Source of the DNA: Octopus vulgaris
Taxonomy: Eukaryota
Direction: 5' to 3'
Assembly: GCA_951406725.2 (NCBI GenBank)
Contig: OX597838.1
Coordinates: forward strand, 10,912,001-10,976,000
Length of the DNA stretch: 64,000 bases
Below the pieces are notes generated by a model. That model searched no databases and was not told the DNA's origin. It saw only the letters and a list, made by a program, of their open reading frames with translations. The stretch's first letter is position 1. Each line of letters begins with the position of its first letter. Of this stretch, positions 24,508 to 37,966 are shown in pieces. Position numbers and translations under genes: made by a program.

Positions 24508-24858
24508 TAGGCGGAGGAGTAGCTGTGTGGTAAGTAGCTTGCTAACCAACCACATGGTTCCCGGTTCAGTGTCTTCTGCTATAGCCCCGGGCCGACCAAT
24601 GCCTTGTGAGTGGATTTGGTAGACGGAAACTGAGAGAAGCCTGTCGTATATATGTATATATATATATGTATGTATGTGTGTGTATGTGTGTGTGTGTGTG
24701 TGTGTGCTTACGTCCCCGTCACTTAGCGGTTCGGCAAAAAGAGACCGATACTGGGCTTACAAAAGAATAAGTCCCGGGGTCGATTTGCTCGACTAAAGGC
24801 GGTGCTCTAGCATGGCCGCAGTCAAATGACTGAAGCAAGTAAAAGAGTAAAAGAGTAA
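24508..24858 (+). mobile_element. SINE family B with internal deletions
   Basis: Family head and tail present. Confidence 0.85.
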
Positions 24859-25545
24859 GCAAAACCGTTGACGAAAATGATAATAAAATGTATATTAAAC
24901 TTACGTAAATATATCTTGTTTTGAAAAGAGAGACGTTCTGACGTAGTGAAGTGGACATCGAAAAAGTTGATACAGGTAAGCTGTGAGTGTGTGCTTGTGT
25001 GTATGGACACATAAACACGTGTGTGCGTGCGTGCGTGTTGGGTGTATGTGTGTGTGTATACGTATACACGTGTGTGTGTGTGTGTGTGTGTATGTGTGTG
25101 TGGTGTTGTGTCGTGTTGGAGGAAGAAGAGATTGCATAAGCATTCAGTGATGGGGAAACGCAAACTGCTAGCAACCAAAGCGATCTTTCTTTACGGAATA
25201 AAAAGCAACACGCGTCATTTATATTCAACCAATTCGCCGATGTAAATCACACACGCACACACACACACACATACACACGCGCGCACGCACACACACACGC
25301 ACACACACAGACACACACAGAGTTGTTGAATATTCTGTTGTTACCTGTTGATAAACATTATATAGTACACACATACACACATACACACGTCTGTATGTGT
25401 CTGTGTCTGACTATTCCGATAAACACACAGAGAAAGCGAGCGATGAAAGAGTGAGAGAGAGAGAGAGAGAAGCGGGGGGAACGTGGGAAGGCAAATATCT
25501 ATAATCAAAATGAAAGCGATGCAAATATATAGCGCGAGTGTATAT

Positions 25546-26142
25546 ATATTTCTTTACTACCCACAAGGGGCTAAACACAGAGGGGACAAACAAGGACAGA
25601 CGAAGGGATTGAGTCGATGATATCGCCCCCAGTGCGAAACTGGTACTTTATTTATCGACCCCGAAAGGATGAAAGGCAAAGTTGACCTCGGCGGAATTTG
25701 AACTCACAACGTAACGACAGACGAAATACCTATTTCTTTACTGCCCACAAGGGGCTAAACACAGAGGGGACAAACAAGGACAGACATAGGTATTAAGAGT
25801 CGATGATATCGCCCCCAGTGCGTAACTGGTACTTAATTTATCGACCCCGAAAGGATGAAAGGCAAAGTTGACCTCGGCGGAATTTGAACTCAGAACGTAA
25901 TGGCAGACGAAATACCTATTTCTTTACTACCCACAAGGGGATAAACACAGAGAGGACAAACAAGGACAGACATAGGTATTAAGTCGATTACATCGACCCC
26001 AGTGCGTAACTGGTACTTTATTTATCGACCCCGAAAGGATGAAAGGCAATGTCGACCTCGGCGGAATTTGAACTCAGAACGTAGCGGCAGACGAAATACC
26101 GCTAAGCATTTCACCCGGCGTGCTAACGTTTCTGCCAGCTCG
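25546..26142 (-). mobile_element. SINE family A trimer
   Basis: Three units with a single head at about 26140; flanking gtgtatata duplication. Confidence 0.9.
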
Positions 26143-26981
26143 TGTATATAAAGTATATACACACACATACAATAGGCTTCATATCTGTAATGTAGAGAGT
26201 TGCAAAAATTCAGTTGAACTTGTTACCCATGCGATTATTAAACAAAAACTTCCAACAATGCGATTTGAATTTAAGTAAATAACAGGTGATAGACACAGAC
26301 GTGGATGTGTGGTGAAAAGTTAAATATCCCAACTACATTGTTCCGGGTTCAGTCCCACTGCTTGGCACCTTGTGAGTGGATTTGGTAGACGGAAACTGGA
26401 AGAAGCTCGTCGTATATGTGTGTGTGCGTGTGTGAGAGAGAGAGAGAGAGAGAGAAGAGAGAGATGTCCGCTACTAGCGCTTGACAACCGGGGTTGCTGT
26501 GTTTACGTCCCCGCAACTTAGTGGTGCGACAAAATATGTTCAATAGAATAAGAACAAGGGTTAAAAAATCAAGTACTGGCGTCGATTCATTCGACTAAAA
26601 ATTCTTTAAGGCAGTGCTCCAGCATGGCTGCTATCTAATGACGGAAACAAGTAAAAGATAAAAAGATAGAGATAAGGGACAGAACTCTAATAGGACCGAC
26701 CAATAGGAAGAAAATTTTAACAAAATAAGGTCTTGGCATAGAGATCAGAGCAAGGTTAAGGAGTATGGATACAAGGATGCGATATCATAAGCTCAGCCTG
26801 TTCTGAGGAGCGGAGATCTTTACCGTAGACAGTAAAGTTACGCCTATCAGCCGGGTGGCTATTTCCTCTGAATGTGCTCAACTAAAGGCGGTGCTCCAGC
26901 ATGGCCACATTCAAATGACTGAAACAAGTAAAAGAATAATGATTCCAAATGTTTTGCTTGCTTGCTTGTGCCCCCCCGTCG

Positions 26982-27017
<36 letters not shown>

Positions 27018-27317
27018 TAGACAGAGAGATAAGTCAGATCAAGAGTTTCGTCTATAGCACTCATCAAGTTGTCATGTGTGAAACTAGTGGCTGTTGAGTA
27101 ACTGCTGTAGCTTTACTGCCGCAGGCACGGCTCTAGGTATAATATATATATACACGCACACGTTCTTATGCATTGAGTTTTATAATCTCATACCTATATC
27201 CATATAGGTATACAATCACACACAACACATAGACATATATATACAGGGGTGGGGTAAAATCCAAGCTGTGTCCACTAGAAGCACGTCTGCTTATTTCAGT
27301 ATTAGAATCTAGAAAAA

Positions 27318-27549
27318 GGCGGCGAGTTGGCAGAAACGTTAGCACGCCGGGCGAAATGCTTAGTAGTATTTCGTCTGCCGCTACGTTCTGAGTTCAAATT
27401 CCGCTGAGGTCGACTTTGCCTTTCATCCTTTCGGGGTCGATTAAATAAGTTCCAGTTACGCACTGGGGTCGATATAATCGACTTAATCCGTTTGTCTGTC
27501 CTTGTTTTTCCCCTCTGTGTTTAGTCCCTTGTGGGTAGTAAAGAAATAG
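27318..27549 (+). mobile_element. SINE family A monomer with 15-bp TSD
   Basis: gtattagaatctaga at 27299-27313 and 27550-27564. Confidence 0.92.
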
Positions 27550-27565
27550 GTATTAGAATCTAGAC

Positions 27566-27784
27566 CAGTGCTTTTCAAACGTTTTGCTGGAGCGGAACCC
27601 CAAGGAAACATTCCACTGGCTCGAGGAACCCCTGTGCAATAATTTAATAGTCTTATGCACACATATCTGCACAGGAGAATTAAAAATTACTGCCGATTTT
27701 AGCAGTTTTGTAACTTCTTGCGGAACCCCTAGACTGTACTGGCGGAACCCTAAGGTTCCGCGAAACCCTGGTTGAAAACCACTG
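27566..27784. mobile_element. hAT (Charlie-like) MITE
   Basis: CAGTGCTTTTCAAAC ... GGTTGAAAACCACTG termini, subterminal gcggaaccc repeats, TCTAGA-type target. Confidence 0.75.
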
Positions 27785-27850
27785 ATGTAGTACGTAGTAC
27801 TTGTAGCTGTTGTATATGTATGTATACACATACAATCACGTGTGTGTGTA

Positions 27851-28071
27851 CGAGGGAGTGCTGAAAAGTTCCTGGTTCTAAGGGTATCGCGAAAGGTCTG
27901 ATTGGACGCCCAACCTTCCCAATTCTTTTACAGGGCTAAGAAAAATCGAAGGACTGCTGCAAAAATAAGTGTGTGAATCTGAGAGGGGAATATGTTGGAT
28001 AAAATCATAATTCTGATTCTCCTGTAATTTTTTCTTTTGCTCAAAGCCAGGAACTTTCTAGTATCTCCTCG
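27851..28071 (+). mobile_element. Mariner MITE, copy 3
   Basis: TA|CGAGGGAGTGCTGAAAAGTTCCTGG ... CCAGGAACTTT..CTCCTCG. Confidence 0.8.
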
Positions 28072-28680
28072 TGTATGTGTGAGTAGACAGATAGATAAAT
28101 AGAGAGAGAGTAGGAGGGAGAGAGAGAGATATGCAGAGACACACCCATAGTGAAAGGACACTCTTATATGTTGATTGCAAAAAGAAGAGATAAAAAAAAA
28201 AACAGAAAAGGAAAACAGAAAACGGTTGTTGATAGGGGTTGGCTAAATGAACGATGATGACGCTGACGACGCCGGCCTGGCCCTGAAAAATAATAACTGG
28301 AATTACGGTTTATCTTCAACGGATGTTCCAGTTGACTGAACAAACCATAAATGATTCTTCCATCTTTTCTAAATTATATATTTCCTCACTTTGCCACCAA
28401 ATAACCTAGCGAAGACTTTACGATTAATATCCATCCCCTACACACACACACACACACACACACACTCTCTCTCTCTCTCTCTCCCCGATTCTTCCTTTCT
28501 GAAAGGAGAAAATTAGTTAAAACAAATGTAAACAAAAACATACAACAAAAATTAACGGAAATGTATTGAAAAATCAAAGATGAGTGCACGCACACAAACA
28601 CATCCATATATACATACACTCATGCATACACACACACACACATACACACAGAATAAATAGGGATAATAGATCCAGACAAG

Positions 28681-28913
28681 TACCTATTTCTTTACTACCC
28701 ACAAGGGGTTAAACATAGAGGGGACAAATAAGGACAGGCAAACGGATTAAGTCGAGTATATCGACCCCAGTGCGTAACTGGTACTTATTTAATCGACCCC
28801 GAAAGGATGAAAGGTAAAGTCGACCTCGGCGGAATTTGAACTCAGAACGTAACGGCAGACGAAATACCGCTAAGCATTTCGCCCGTCGTGCTAACGATTC
28901 TGCCAGCTCGCCG
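28681..28913 (-). mobile_element. SINE family A monomer
   Basis: Minus-strand flanks ggtacctgcc / ggtacttgtc. Confidence 0.9.
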
Positions 28914-28944
28914 CTGGCAGGTACCGTTCAAGCACTAATATAAT

Positions 28945-29248
28945 CCAAGGCTCAGTGGTTGGAGAGTCGGGCTCACAACCATGAGGTAGTAAGTTCGATT
29001 CGAGGATGGAGCTGTATGTCGTGTTCTTGAGCAAGACACTGTAGAAATGAGTTGTGATGTCATTGGTGCCAAGCTGTATTGGCCTTTGCCTTTCCCTTGG
29101 ATAACATCGGTGGTATGGAGAGGGGGAGGCTGGTATGTATGGATGACTGATGGTCTTCCATAAACAACCTTGCCTGGACTTGTGCCTTGAAGGGTAACTT
29201 TCTAGGTACAATCCCATGGTCATTCATAACCGAATGGGGTCTTTACCT
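28945..29248 (+). mobile_element. SINE family D
   Basis: tRNA-like head (ggctcagtgg, gttcgattc), ttgagcaagacact core; second copy at 4915. Confidence 0.7.
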
Positions 29249-29261
29249 TATAGATAACCTA

Positions 29262-29645
29262 TGGCACTCCGTCGGTTATTTTGACGAGGGTTCCAGTTGA
29301 TCCAATCGACGGAACAACCTGCTCGTGAAATTAACGTGCAAGTGACTGAGCACTCCACAGACACGTGTACCATTAACGTAGTTCTCGGGGAGATTCAGCG
29401 TGACACAGAGTGTGACAAGGCTGGCTCCTTTGAAATACAGGTACAACAGAGAAAGAAGAAAGAAGAGTGAGAGAAAGTTGTGGTGAAAGAGTACAGCAGG
29501 GTTCATCACCACCCACTGCCGGAGCCTCGTGAAACCTTAGGTGCTTTCGCTCAATAAACACTCAGAACGCCCGGTCTGGGAATCGAAACCGAGATCCTAC
29601 GACCGCGAGTCCGCTGCCCTAACCACTGGGCCATTGCGTCTCCAC
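29262..29645 (-). mobile_element. SINE family C, full length
   Basis: Head gcaatggcccagtggttagggcagcggactcgcgg..ggtttcgattccc; TSD tatagataacc/tatagctaacc. Confidence 0.9.
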
Positions 29646-30240
29646 TATATAGCTAACCGCATCGAATGGTAAGGAATAACCTGGAACTATTTAACGTAAA
29701 TAATCCAAATGTGTTTCGTCCGATGGGTAAATCCTGGGTTCGCTTCGTTGGATTATAAACAAATAACTGAGTGTATATCCAAGACAATTCAATTAAATAA
29801 AGAGAATCTACACAGTTTTATTATCACAGTCCTTTATGTAGCACATCTAATTTAAAGCTCTGCCCGACATCTGTTTCTGGTGCATGGAGCTCTCGCAATG
29901 TAGTTTTCTTTTGCATCTTGTTTGTTCCTCTTCATCCAGATTTCATTCAGGTTAAGCACAGGTCTATGCAGCTTTATTCAAGGAGTTGCTACTATTAAAA
30001 TTTGGAGCGAACTCAAGTATAACTGTGACAAGAACTTTGCTGTTAGTAGCTCAGTCCCTCCAAATGTTTCAGACGTCACAGGTTCACTGTCACATCCTGA
30101 TACTTCAGGGCTTTGTTCTGTTCGGCAGCATTCAGGATATAGGAGGGAGCAAATGAGTCAAAGACGGTGGTGTCCCAGATGAGGCATAAGGGACGGTTAA
30201 TTTGGAGTGTAAACAATACTATACTGTTGTATAATGCGGT

Positions 30241-30400
30241 ATTCGGTCGGCAAATAACATTCCCGTAAAATTTTTCGAAGCTTTGGATAAGAATTTCTTA
30301 AAATTTACTAAGTACAGTAGGATCTTCTTCAATCGGCACACGGTTAAATTTGCATTTTCCACTAGCAAAATCTTAGCCTAAATGATCGCCGCGCATACGA
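30241..30400 (+). pseudogene. Penelope-like element RT-to-GIY-YIG linker fragment
   Basis: NNIPVKFFEALDKNFLKFTKYSRIFFNRHTVKFAFSTSKILA*MIAAH resembles the PLE motif NIGK.FL.L.DK.FP....KIFNR.TVK.SYS...N....I..H. Confidence 0.7.
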
Positions 30401-30729
30401 TAAGGAGAATATCTCAATTGCATAACATTAAAAACTCTAGTAAAATAGATAATAAAAAACAATGATCATAATGATAACAATAATGATATCCCCGTGATAC
30501 GTTTATATTTGTATTTACTCCAAAATCTCGCGTGTTCATGATTTTATCATATTTTCATTCAAGATAAAGACGACATCTTATTTACTTTACACATTATACT
30601 GTGGACATTTTATAATCTTTTTTAACACCGTTTTAAACCTAACCCTTATTAGTAAGTAGGGTCTTTTAGTATGTGTATATGTTTCTCACATATTTTTTAT
30701 AGATCCGCATAATTTGTCGTACATATATA

Positions 30730-30932
30730 CTCTTTTTACTCTTTTACTTGTTTCAGTCATTTGACTGCGGCCATGCTGGAGCACCGCCTTTTAATCGAGC
30801 AAATCGACCCCGGGACTTATTCTTTTGTAAGCCCAGTACTTATTCTATCGGTCTCTTTTGCCGAACCGCTAAGTAACGGGGACATAAACACACCAGCATC
30901 GGTTGTCAAGCAAACACAGACAAACACACACA

Positions 30933-30972
<40 letters not shown>

Positions 30973-31126
30973 TATATACGACAGGCTTCTTTCAGTTTCC
31001 GTCTACCAAATCCACTCACAAGGCATTGGTTGGCCCGAGGCTATAGCAGAAGACACTTGCCCAAGGTGCCACGCAGTGGGACTGAACCCGGAACCATGTG
31101 GTTGGTAAACAAGCTACCTACCACAC
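30730..31126 (-). mobile_element. SINE family B
   Basis: Family match. Confidence 0.9.
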
Positions 31127-32728
31127 ATGTCTATTATATTTTTAATATTTTTGGTGTATCTGTAATTTTGAAATTTTTTGTATTGTTTCGATATTTTTTA
31201 ATTTTTATTTCATCTAGTTTCAGCTCACGAGCTGTGGCCATGCTGGGGCACCGCCATTTATTGAACTTTTTAATGAGAGAAGCACTCGATATACTATACA
31301 ACTCCTTTTGGCTCGGTTTATATTGCAATGCTTTTTTGAATTGTCGAACTTATCTGATTTCTCATCTTTAATTCGAAAAAAAAAATGTATATATACCTAT
31401 TGTCTCAGGTTCAATACTTGAGCACTTCCCAACACTGTCTGTAATAATAACAACAATATATACATGTGTGTATGTATGTATGTATGTATGTATAAAAGTA
31501 TATGTGTACACACACACGCACACACAAACCGGTTGGGTGAATATAGTTGCGTACGAACTAACGAAGCGTTAGTATGCAGTGTGTATTGGAATGTAATAGG
31601 AATTTTACAAGAATCAACTGAACAGCAGCGTATGAAATACAAGTAGTTTTTGTTGGTGCAGTTGTTTGTTTGTTTATTTGTTTATTATCGATTCGAAAGA
31701 CTTGGAAGAGCAGCAGCAGCAGCAGCCACGACCCGTTTCAAGGCAAGCAAAAAGAAGTAGAAGAAAAAAGGTAAAAAAATGAAGTTGAAAAAAAAAAAAA
31801 AAAACCTGGTGGGAAGATGTTGTTCACAGCTGCGTGACTCGAATGTCTGCGATTCCGTTAAAACAGGGGATTTCCCCGAGTGGAATATATTTTACCCCTG
31901 CTAGGGGTAAAATTGCTGATTCAGGACTTGTACAGTTTTGTTGTTTTCAATGAGAATTCTTAGAAAGAATTTGAGGTTTAGGAGAGTGAGAAATTGAAAA
32001 TTCTTTTTTCTTTTTCTATTAGAGTGAAGGGGAGTGGCTTAAGGTGAGGGCATTATAGGCATCTTCGTAAGATGGTGGTTTCGAATCGCAAACCGGGTTA
32101 AAATATGGGTTAAAATACACATCCTACAAATATGCACTCAAAGCATAAAAAATAATTGCCCACAAACCAGCCACGGGAATTGAATTAAGCATCTGTTTTA
32201 GTCCAGTAATTTTAAACATACAGTATTGTATATAATACAAGAAAAATTTATCGTATTGGCAACCACCGAATAATATTTTACATTTAACTTACAATGTAGA
32301 ATGTTCCCTTCATCAGCTGCTATTGTAGAAATAACGATTTCGACACTCCTTCCGACAGACCCGCACCCTCATGTAGTGTTGAGCCTCAATGATATCATCA
32401 CAGAATCTCCGGCTTCTTTAGGTTAACACTGTATCTTGAGTTTGTTTCTTCCTTCTATTATATATGTAGTTACCACACCAAACCGGAATCATGTGTATCA
32501 GACAATACACATATTGTGTGTACACGGACATATATGCATACATATGCACACACAGACAGACATATATGCATAGACGCACATATACTCACACACATTACAT
32601 GCACACGATCATACACTATCATCAACAGAGACATACGTGTATGTGGTGGTGGTGGTGGTGGTTGTACAACCCAGAAAATACGTCCGTGCAAGCCTAACAA
32701 TGTATGTGTGTATGTATCTCTCTCTCTT

Positions 32729-32762
<34 letters not shown>

Positions 32763-32879
32763 GCATACGAGAGAAATCTCTGAAAACTTAAAAATAAGGT
32801 ATCATTGTTTTCTTTTAAATTTTCGATCTAAGGGAATCTTTTCAAAAGTTACAGTAGAGCATACATCTTTAAAAAAAAG

Positions 32880-33170
32880 ACTCCGCCGGTTACGACGACG
32901 AGGGTCCCAGCTGATACGATCAACGGAACAGCTTGCTCGTGAAATTAACGTGCAAATGGCTGAGCATTCCACAGACACGTGTACCCCTTAACGTAAGTTC
33001 TCGGGGATAATCAGCGTGACACAGAGAGTGACAAGGCTGACCCTTTGAAATACAAGTACAACTCATTTTTGCCAGCTGAGTGGACTGGAGCAACGTGAAA
33101 TAAAGTGTCTTGCTCAAGGACACAACGCGTCGCCGGGAATCGAACTCACAACCTTACGATCATGAGCCGA
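32880..33170 (-). mobile_element. SINE family C variant
   Basis: Family body and gtccttgagcaagacact core; another copy at 37660-37890 (+). Confidence 0.85.
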
Positions 33171-33175
33171 AAAAG

Positions 33176-33206
<31 letters not shown>

Positions 33207-33339
33207 ATATATCTTTTAAATCCGTTTATGGTAACGTTAAAGATATGCAAACAAAGCTCCTATTTCATTATGCCGGCTACCGTCAGTTTTTCGAGGTTGC
33301 ATCATGGTTTTACCGATATAATCTAGGAGAAATATAATA

Positions 33340-33760
33340 ATAACAATAATTCCAAGATGGAATTTATAAATATTTTATACATCGCTACGGGCATTTCCGA
33401 AATTCCCATGACTTTAACATCACCAAAAAACACCCCCATCCCTATGTTACTACCATTCCTTCTTCTACTCCCACCACCTAACTAATCCCTACCAAGTACA
33501 CACAGAAATATCCACATGGCTAGATTAGCCTTCATACTGGAAATAAGGGCTAAACATCCCTCTGTGATTCATCCATTAATGCAGTATCGCCTGATGAAAT
33601 GAACCAATCGTGATGATCACCAAGATGCCCACCGATGAATACGGACTATGCTGTACTCATCCCAAGGATGCGGACTCTGATGTTAAAGTCAAGTGATTTG
33701 TGGAAACGCGCGTAGCGATGTATTAAATATTTGTAAATTCCATCCTAGAAGTATTGTTAT
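33340..33760 (+). mobile_element. Penelope-type fold-back element with ~83-bp inverted arms, abutting (TA)n
   Basis: 33340-33422 is an imperfect reverse complement of 33678-33760. Confidence 0.7.
33585..33720 (+). ncRNA. Type I hammerhead ribozyme motif with a long stem II insert
   Basis: tatcgc-CTGATGA(33591)...GAAAC(33703)-gcgc-GTA-gcgatg; stem I pairs; palindromic stem III acgcgcgt. Confidence 0.55.
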
Positions 33761-33942
33761 ATATATATATATATATATCATATATATATATATCATATAA
33801 TATAATATAAATACACATTAAGTACAGGACATCATCGAACGTCACGCAGCCGTGTCCACAGTAAGTTCTTACACACACACATATATATATATACATACAT
33901 ATATACATATACATACATATATATATATACATACATGTACAT

Positions 33943-33975
<33 letters not shown>

Positions 33976-34214
33976 CGCGCACGTGTGTGAAGAACTTTCT
34001 GTTTTCTCTGTAAGTGTGTATTTCTGTAAAAGTACCTTTCAGATCGAAAATTTCAAGCCGAAAAAAGAAAAAAAAAAAGAAAAAAAAGAAAGAAAAAAAA
34101 AAGGAAGAAGAAAAAGAACAATAACGAAACAGTTATATTAAAACTGCATTATTATGGCTTTCAAATTTGCTCAATATAATCGATATCACGATTCAAAATA
34201 ATCTCGAGCACCAC

Positions 34215-34256
<42 letters not shown>

Positions 34257-34412
34257 GGGTGTCGGAATTTTTATGATATTCAATCAACAAGTAATGAAGG
34301 CATTGAACGTCCGCTCGCCTGATTTCATTCAATTGTGCAATTGTACTTCGTCCATTTGTGCTAAGTTTTTCCTGTGTACAGGTGTGTGTATGAATATATG
34401 TGTGTATGTGTC

Positions 34413-34460
<48 letters not shown>

Positions 34461-34618
34461 GTATATTTGCCACTTAAATGTGGCTAACCCTTAAGGGTGG
34501 ATGCTACTGTAGCTTGTAGCCCCAGGAGGACACCTCCTCCAGCTGGCTATTGACACACTTTCTGTGTCCTATACCTCGCTCAGAGATTTATTATTGCTTA
34601 TAAACACACACACACACA

Positions 34619-34718
<100 letters not shown>

Positions 34719-34734
34719 AGATCGTTAGCCACTA

Positions 34735-35112
34735 CTTCCCAGCTACATGGATCCTGGTTCAGTTCCACTGCATGACGCCTTGGGCAAGTGTCTTCCACTA
34801 CAGCCTTGTGAGTGGATTTGGTAGACGGAAACTGAAAGAAGCCCGTCATATATATATATATGTATACACACACTCACGCATACGGTGTATATATATATAC
34901 TAACACATACACGTGTGTGTGTGTGTGTGTGTGTGTGTCCAAATACCTTACCGCTTGACAACTAACAACGTACCCCCCGAAACTTAGTGTCTCATTTAAA
35001 GAATAACTACCAGGTTTTAAAAATAAGTGCTGGGATTGACTCGTTAGACTAAACCTTTCAAGCTGGTGCCGCAGCATGGCCTCAGTCCAGTGACTGAAAC
35101 AACTAAAAAGTA
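34735..35112 (+). mobile_element. SINE family B, degenerate
   Basis: Family core and tail. Confidence 0.75.
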
Positions 35113-35155
35113 ATAAGGTACATATATATATATATATATATATAATACATACATA

Positions 35156-36047
35156 CAAGGTGCGATGGGTATATTGTTACCATTTTTATATTTTTTATTT
35201 TGCACATGCGCATGGCTTGTTTTTGATTTTGTCGACTACACAGTATAGTAGGGTCAGTTGAGCACCATCTGTGAGGAAAACAGCACCATGATGCAATTCA
35301 CTCAGCCAGAAATTTGGAAACGACATACTGTACTGCTTGGTATTCGCAGCCGGAAGCTCCAGTATGAGCATTTCAGCGTGTTTGCGTGTCAATCTAAGGA
35401 CATGTACCGAGAGGGATAAAAATCAAACGTCCAGCCAACATAATGGTGTTTGGAGTGATCACTAGTGATGGCGACGTTATGCCTCCATTCATCTTCCCAC
35501 ATGGTCTCAGACTCATGGAGTTCTACATGTGTATATGTAGGAATCCATATACATGGAGTCCTACAAGTGCTGTCCTGGGTCAAGAGAGTGGCTGCTGGAA
35601 GCCCCTATGTCTGGCAACAAGATTCTGCACCATTCCACACAAGCAGGAGAACCCAGTCATGGCTGTCAGACAATTTCTACAACCACATCGCCCCTAACAT
35701 CTGGCCACCTAACTCCCCAGACTGCAATCCCCTTGATTATCATGTGTTGGGCACAGTTGAGCGAGAGGCCAACAAAACTCCTTGTAGCACCAAAGATGAA
35801 CTGAAGGCAAGGATTATGCCAGCATTCACCAACTTAAACAAGAAAACCGTCCTGAAGAGTTGTAGGAGATTCCGAAGTCGTCTAGAGGCCGTGGTTGAAG
35901 CCAATGGCGATTTTTATTGAATAAGTTTACCCTTTAGTATTTCAAGATATTTTTATGTAATTTTGGTAAATATATCTGTTAAAATGAGATATCAGTGTTA
36001 TTTTCATTTCCGCATAATTTAGACGACAGTTTATTCACCGCACCCTG
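35156..36047 (+). mobile_element. Tc1/mariner DD37D (maT) transposon remnant, internally deleted
   Basis: MVFGVITSDG; WQQD then 37 residues to the D of WPPNSPDCNPLDY; termini TA|CAAGGTGCG ... CGCACCCTG. Confidence 0.85.
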
Positions 36048-36629
36048 TGTAATGCACAAGTAAAGCAAGGAAGATTGCATGGAATGGAGAGACAAATCAA
36101 TATTGTTTTGTGAAGTTAGACAAAACAAGTGGCGGGAAAAAATATTGTAGAAAACTAAAATGGAACAGCGAAACGATATATATCCGTGTCTGTGTGTGTT
36201 CATACATACATACATATACACATATATATACACACACACATATACGGAATTCGAACTTAGAACGTAAAGACGGACGAAATGCCGCTAAGCATTTAGCCCG
36301 GCGTGCTAACGATCCTGCCAGCTAAGTATAAAATAATGATTTCAAATTTTGGCACAAAGCTAGCAATATAAGGGGAGGGGTTAAGTCGATTAAATCCACT
36401 CCAGTACTCAACTGGAAATTATTTTATGGATCCCGAAAGGATGAAAAGCAAAGTCAACTTCGGCGAAATTTGAAACGAGAACGCAAAAACGAATGAAATG
36501 CCGCTAAGCATTTTGCTCGGCGTGCGAACGTTTCTGCCAACTCTACCGCCTTGTTACTGAAACACTAACTAGTCTAACGGAACACGTGGAAATTTTACAT
36601 TTTACATATGCTCTTATTTGTTCTACTAT

Positions 36630-36860
36630 GCAGCAATGAAGAATCACCACTCTGGTACAACAGAATCGCAAGACGGAGCCAACCAGCAGGAGACCCGGGA
36701 GTAGACCAAGAGCAAGATGGTTGGGCAATATACATAGTGTCAGTCGGACGCCCTTGGGAATCCAGCTGGCAAGGGTAACGAACCCTATGGAAGAGGTGGC
36801 TGAGGACCCTACCCACCACGACCTTCCCAAGAAACGTGGGCAGAGAAGATGAATTGACGG
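36630..36860 (+). pseudogene. RTE (Expander/Rex3-like) C-terminal remnant
   Basis: EPTSRRPGSRPRARWLGNIHSVSRTPLGIQLA. Confidence 0.6.
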
Positions 36861-37910
36861 ACTTCACCATCGTTTTATTACGCTAGAATTTCAATTATAT
36901 CTTCCATCTCGTTCCACAGTTAAGCTTGTTAAAAAGTGCAATACTTGACCTCATTTCATTTTTGTTAACGGTTTCGATTTTGTCTTCGGTGTAGTTCCAT
37001 AGTTAGGTTAATTCAAATTGTAATAAAACGTGCGACAATGATTATAAATGTGAGAAAACCAGATAGTCTAAAGACGGATAATGAGGAGTCACATTATATC
37101 ACAGTAGATATTTCTTCCTGGGTTCATCGTCGTCATGATGCAATAGGACAGTATTTTTCTCAAATACTGCGCGGCGCATTTTTAAAAAATCCCATTTAAA
37201 ATTTCACCGTAAAAATGTCCATCTTTTATCTTTTACTCGTTTCAGCCATTAGACTGCGAGTACGTTGGGTCCATCGCCTTGTGTATAATATGTGGGGGAA
37301 ATCAAAATGGAACATGGAAAAGATTAAGAGGAAAAGACAAAGAACAGATAAACATGAATATCTTCTCCTCATCAGCCATGGAAACAAAACTAAAAGCGCA
37401 ATCTCGGCGCGTTTAAAGCTCGAAGACTTTACATAATACATATCTGAAGTTTTGGACTTAAATTTGGGCCTTCAGATATATAGAATACAATGTTGCACAA
37501 CTCCTACACGAGTAGATAACCTACTAAAATGCAATATATTAAATGATGATATGAGGTTATTATTTTAAAGTAAATTTAAGAAAAACGGAAACATTTGCAG
37601 ATGGGTGGGAATTGAAAGTAAGGTCAAATTTGCGGCAACTACACGGGTCCACCTGTTGTCGCAAGTGGTTTAGTGATTAGGGTATTAGGCTCACGATCGT
37701 AACGTCGTAAGTTCGATACTCCAGTCTACTTAGCTAGCAAAAAATGAGTAGGACCTGTATTTCAAAAGGCCAGCCTTGTCACATTCTGTGTCACGTGCGT
37801 CTGTGGACTGCTCAGCCACTTCCACGTTAACTTCGCGAGCAAGCTGTTCCGTTGATTGAATCAACTGGAACACTCATCGTCGTAACCAACTTTTTATGTA
37901 TGTGTTTGTT

Positions 37911-37966
<56 letters not shown>

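Noticed and set aside
26800-26850. CTGAGGA-gcg...cgc with an internal ctttac/gtaaag hairpin
   Set aside because: No GAAA or stem I closure follows.
29922-30182. 86-aa non-repetitive ORF
   Set aside because: No recognisable motif or convincing splice sites; likewise 12173-12469.
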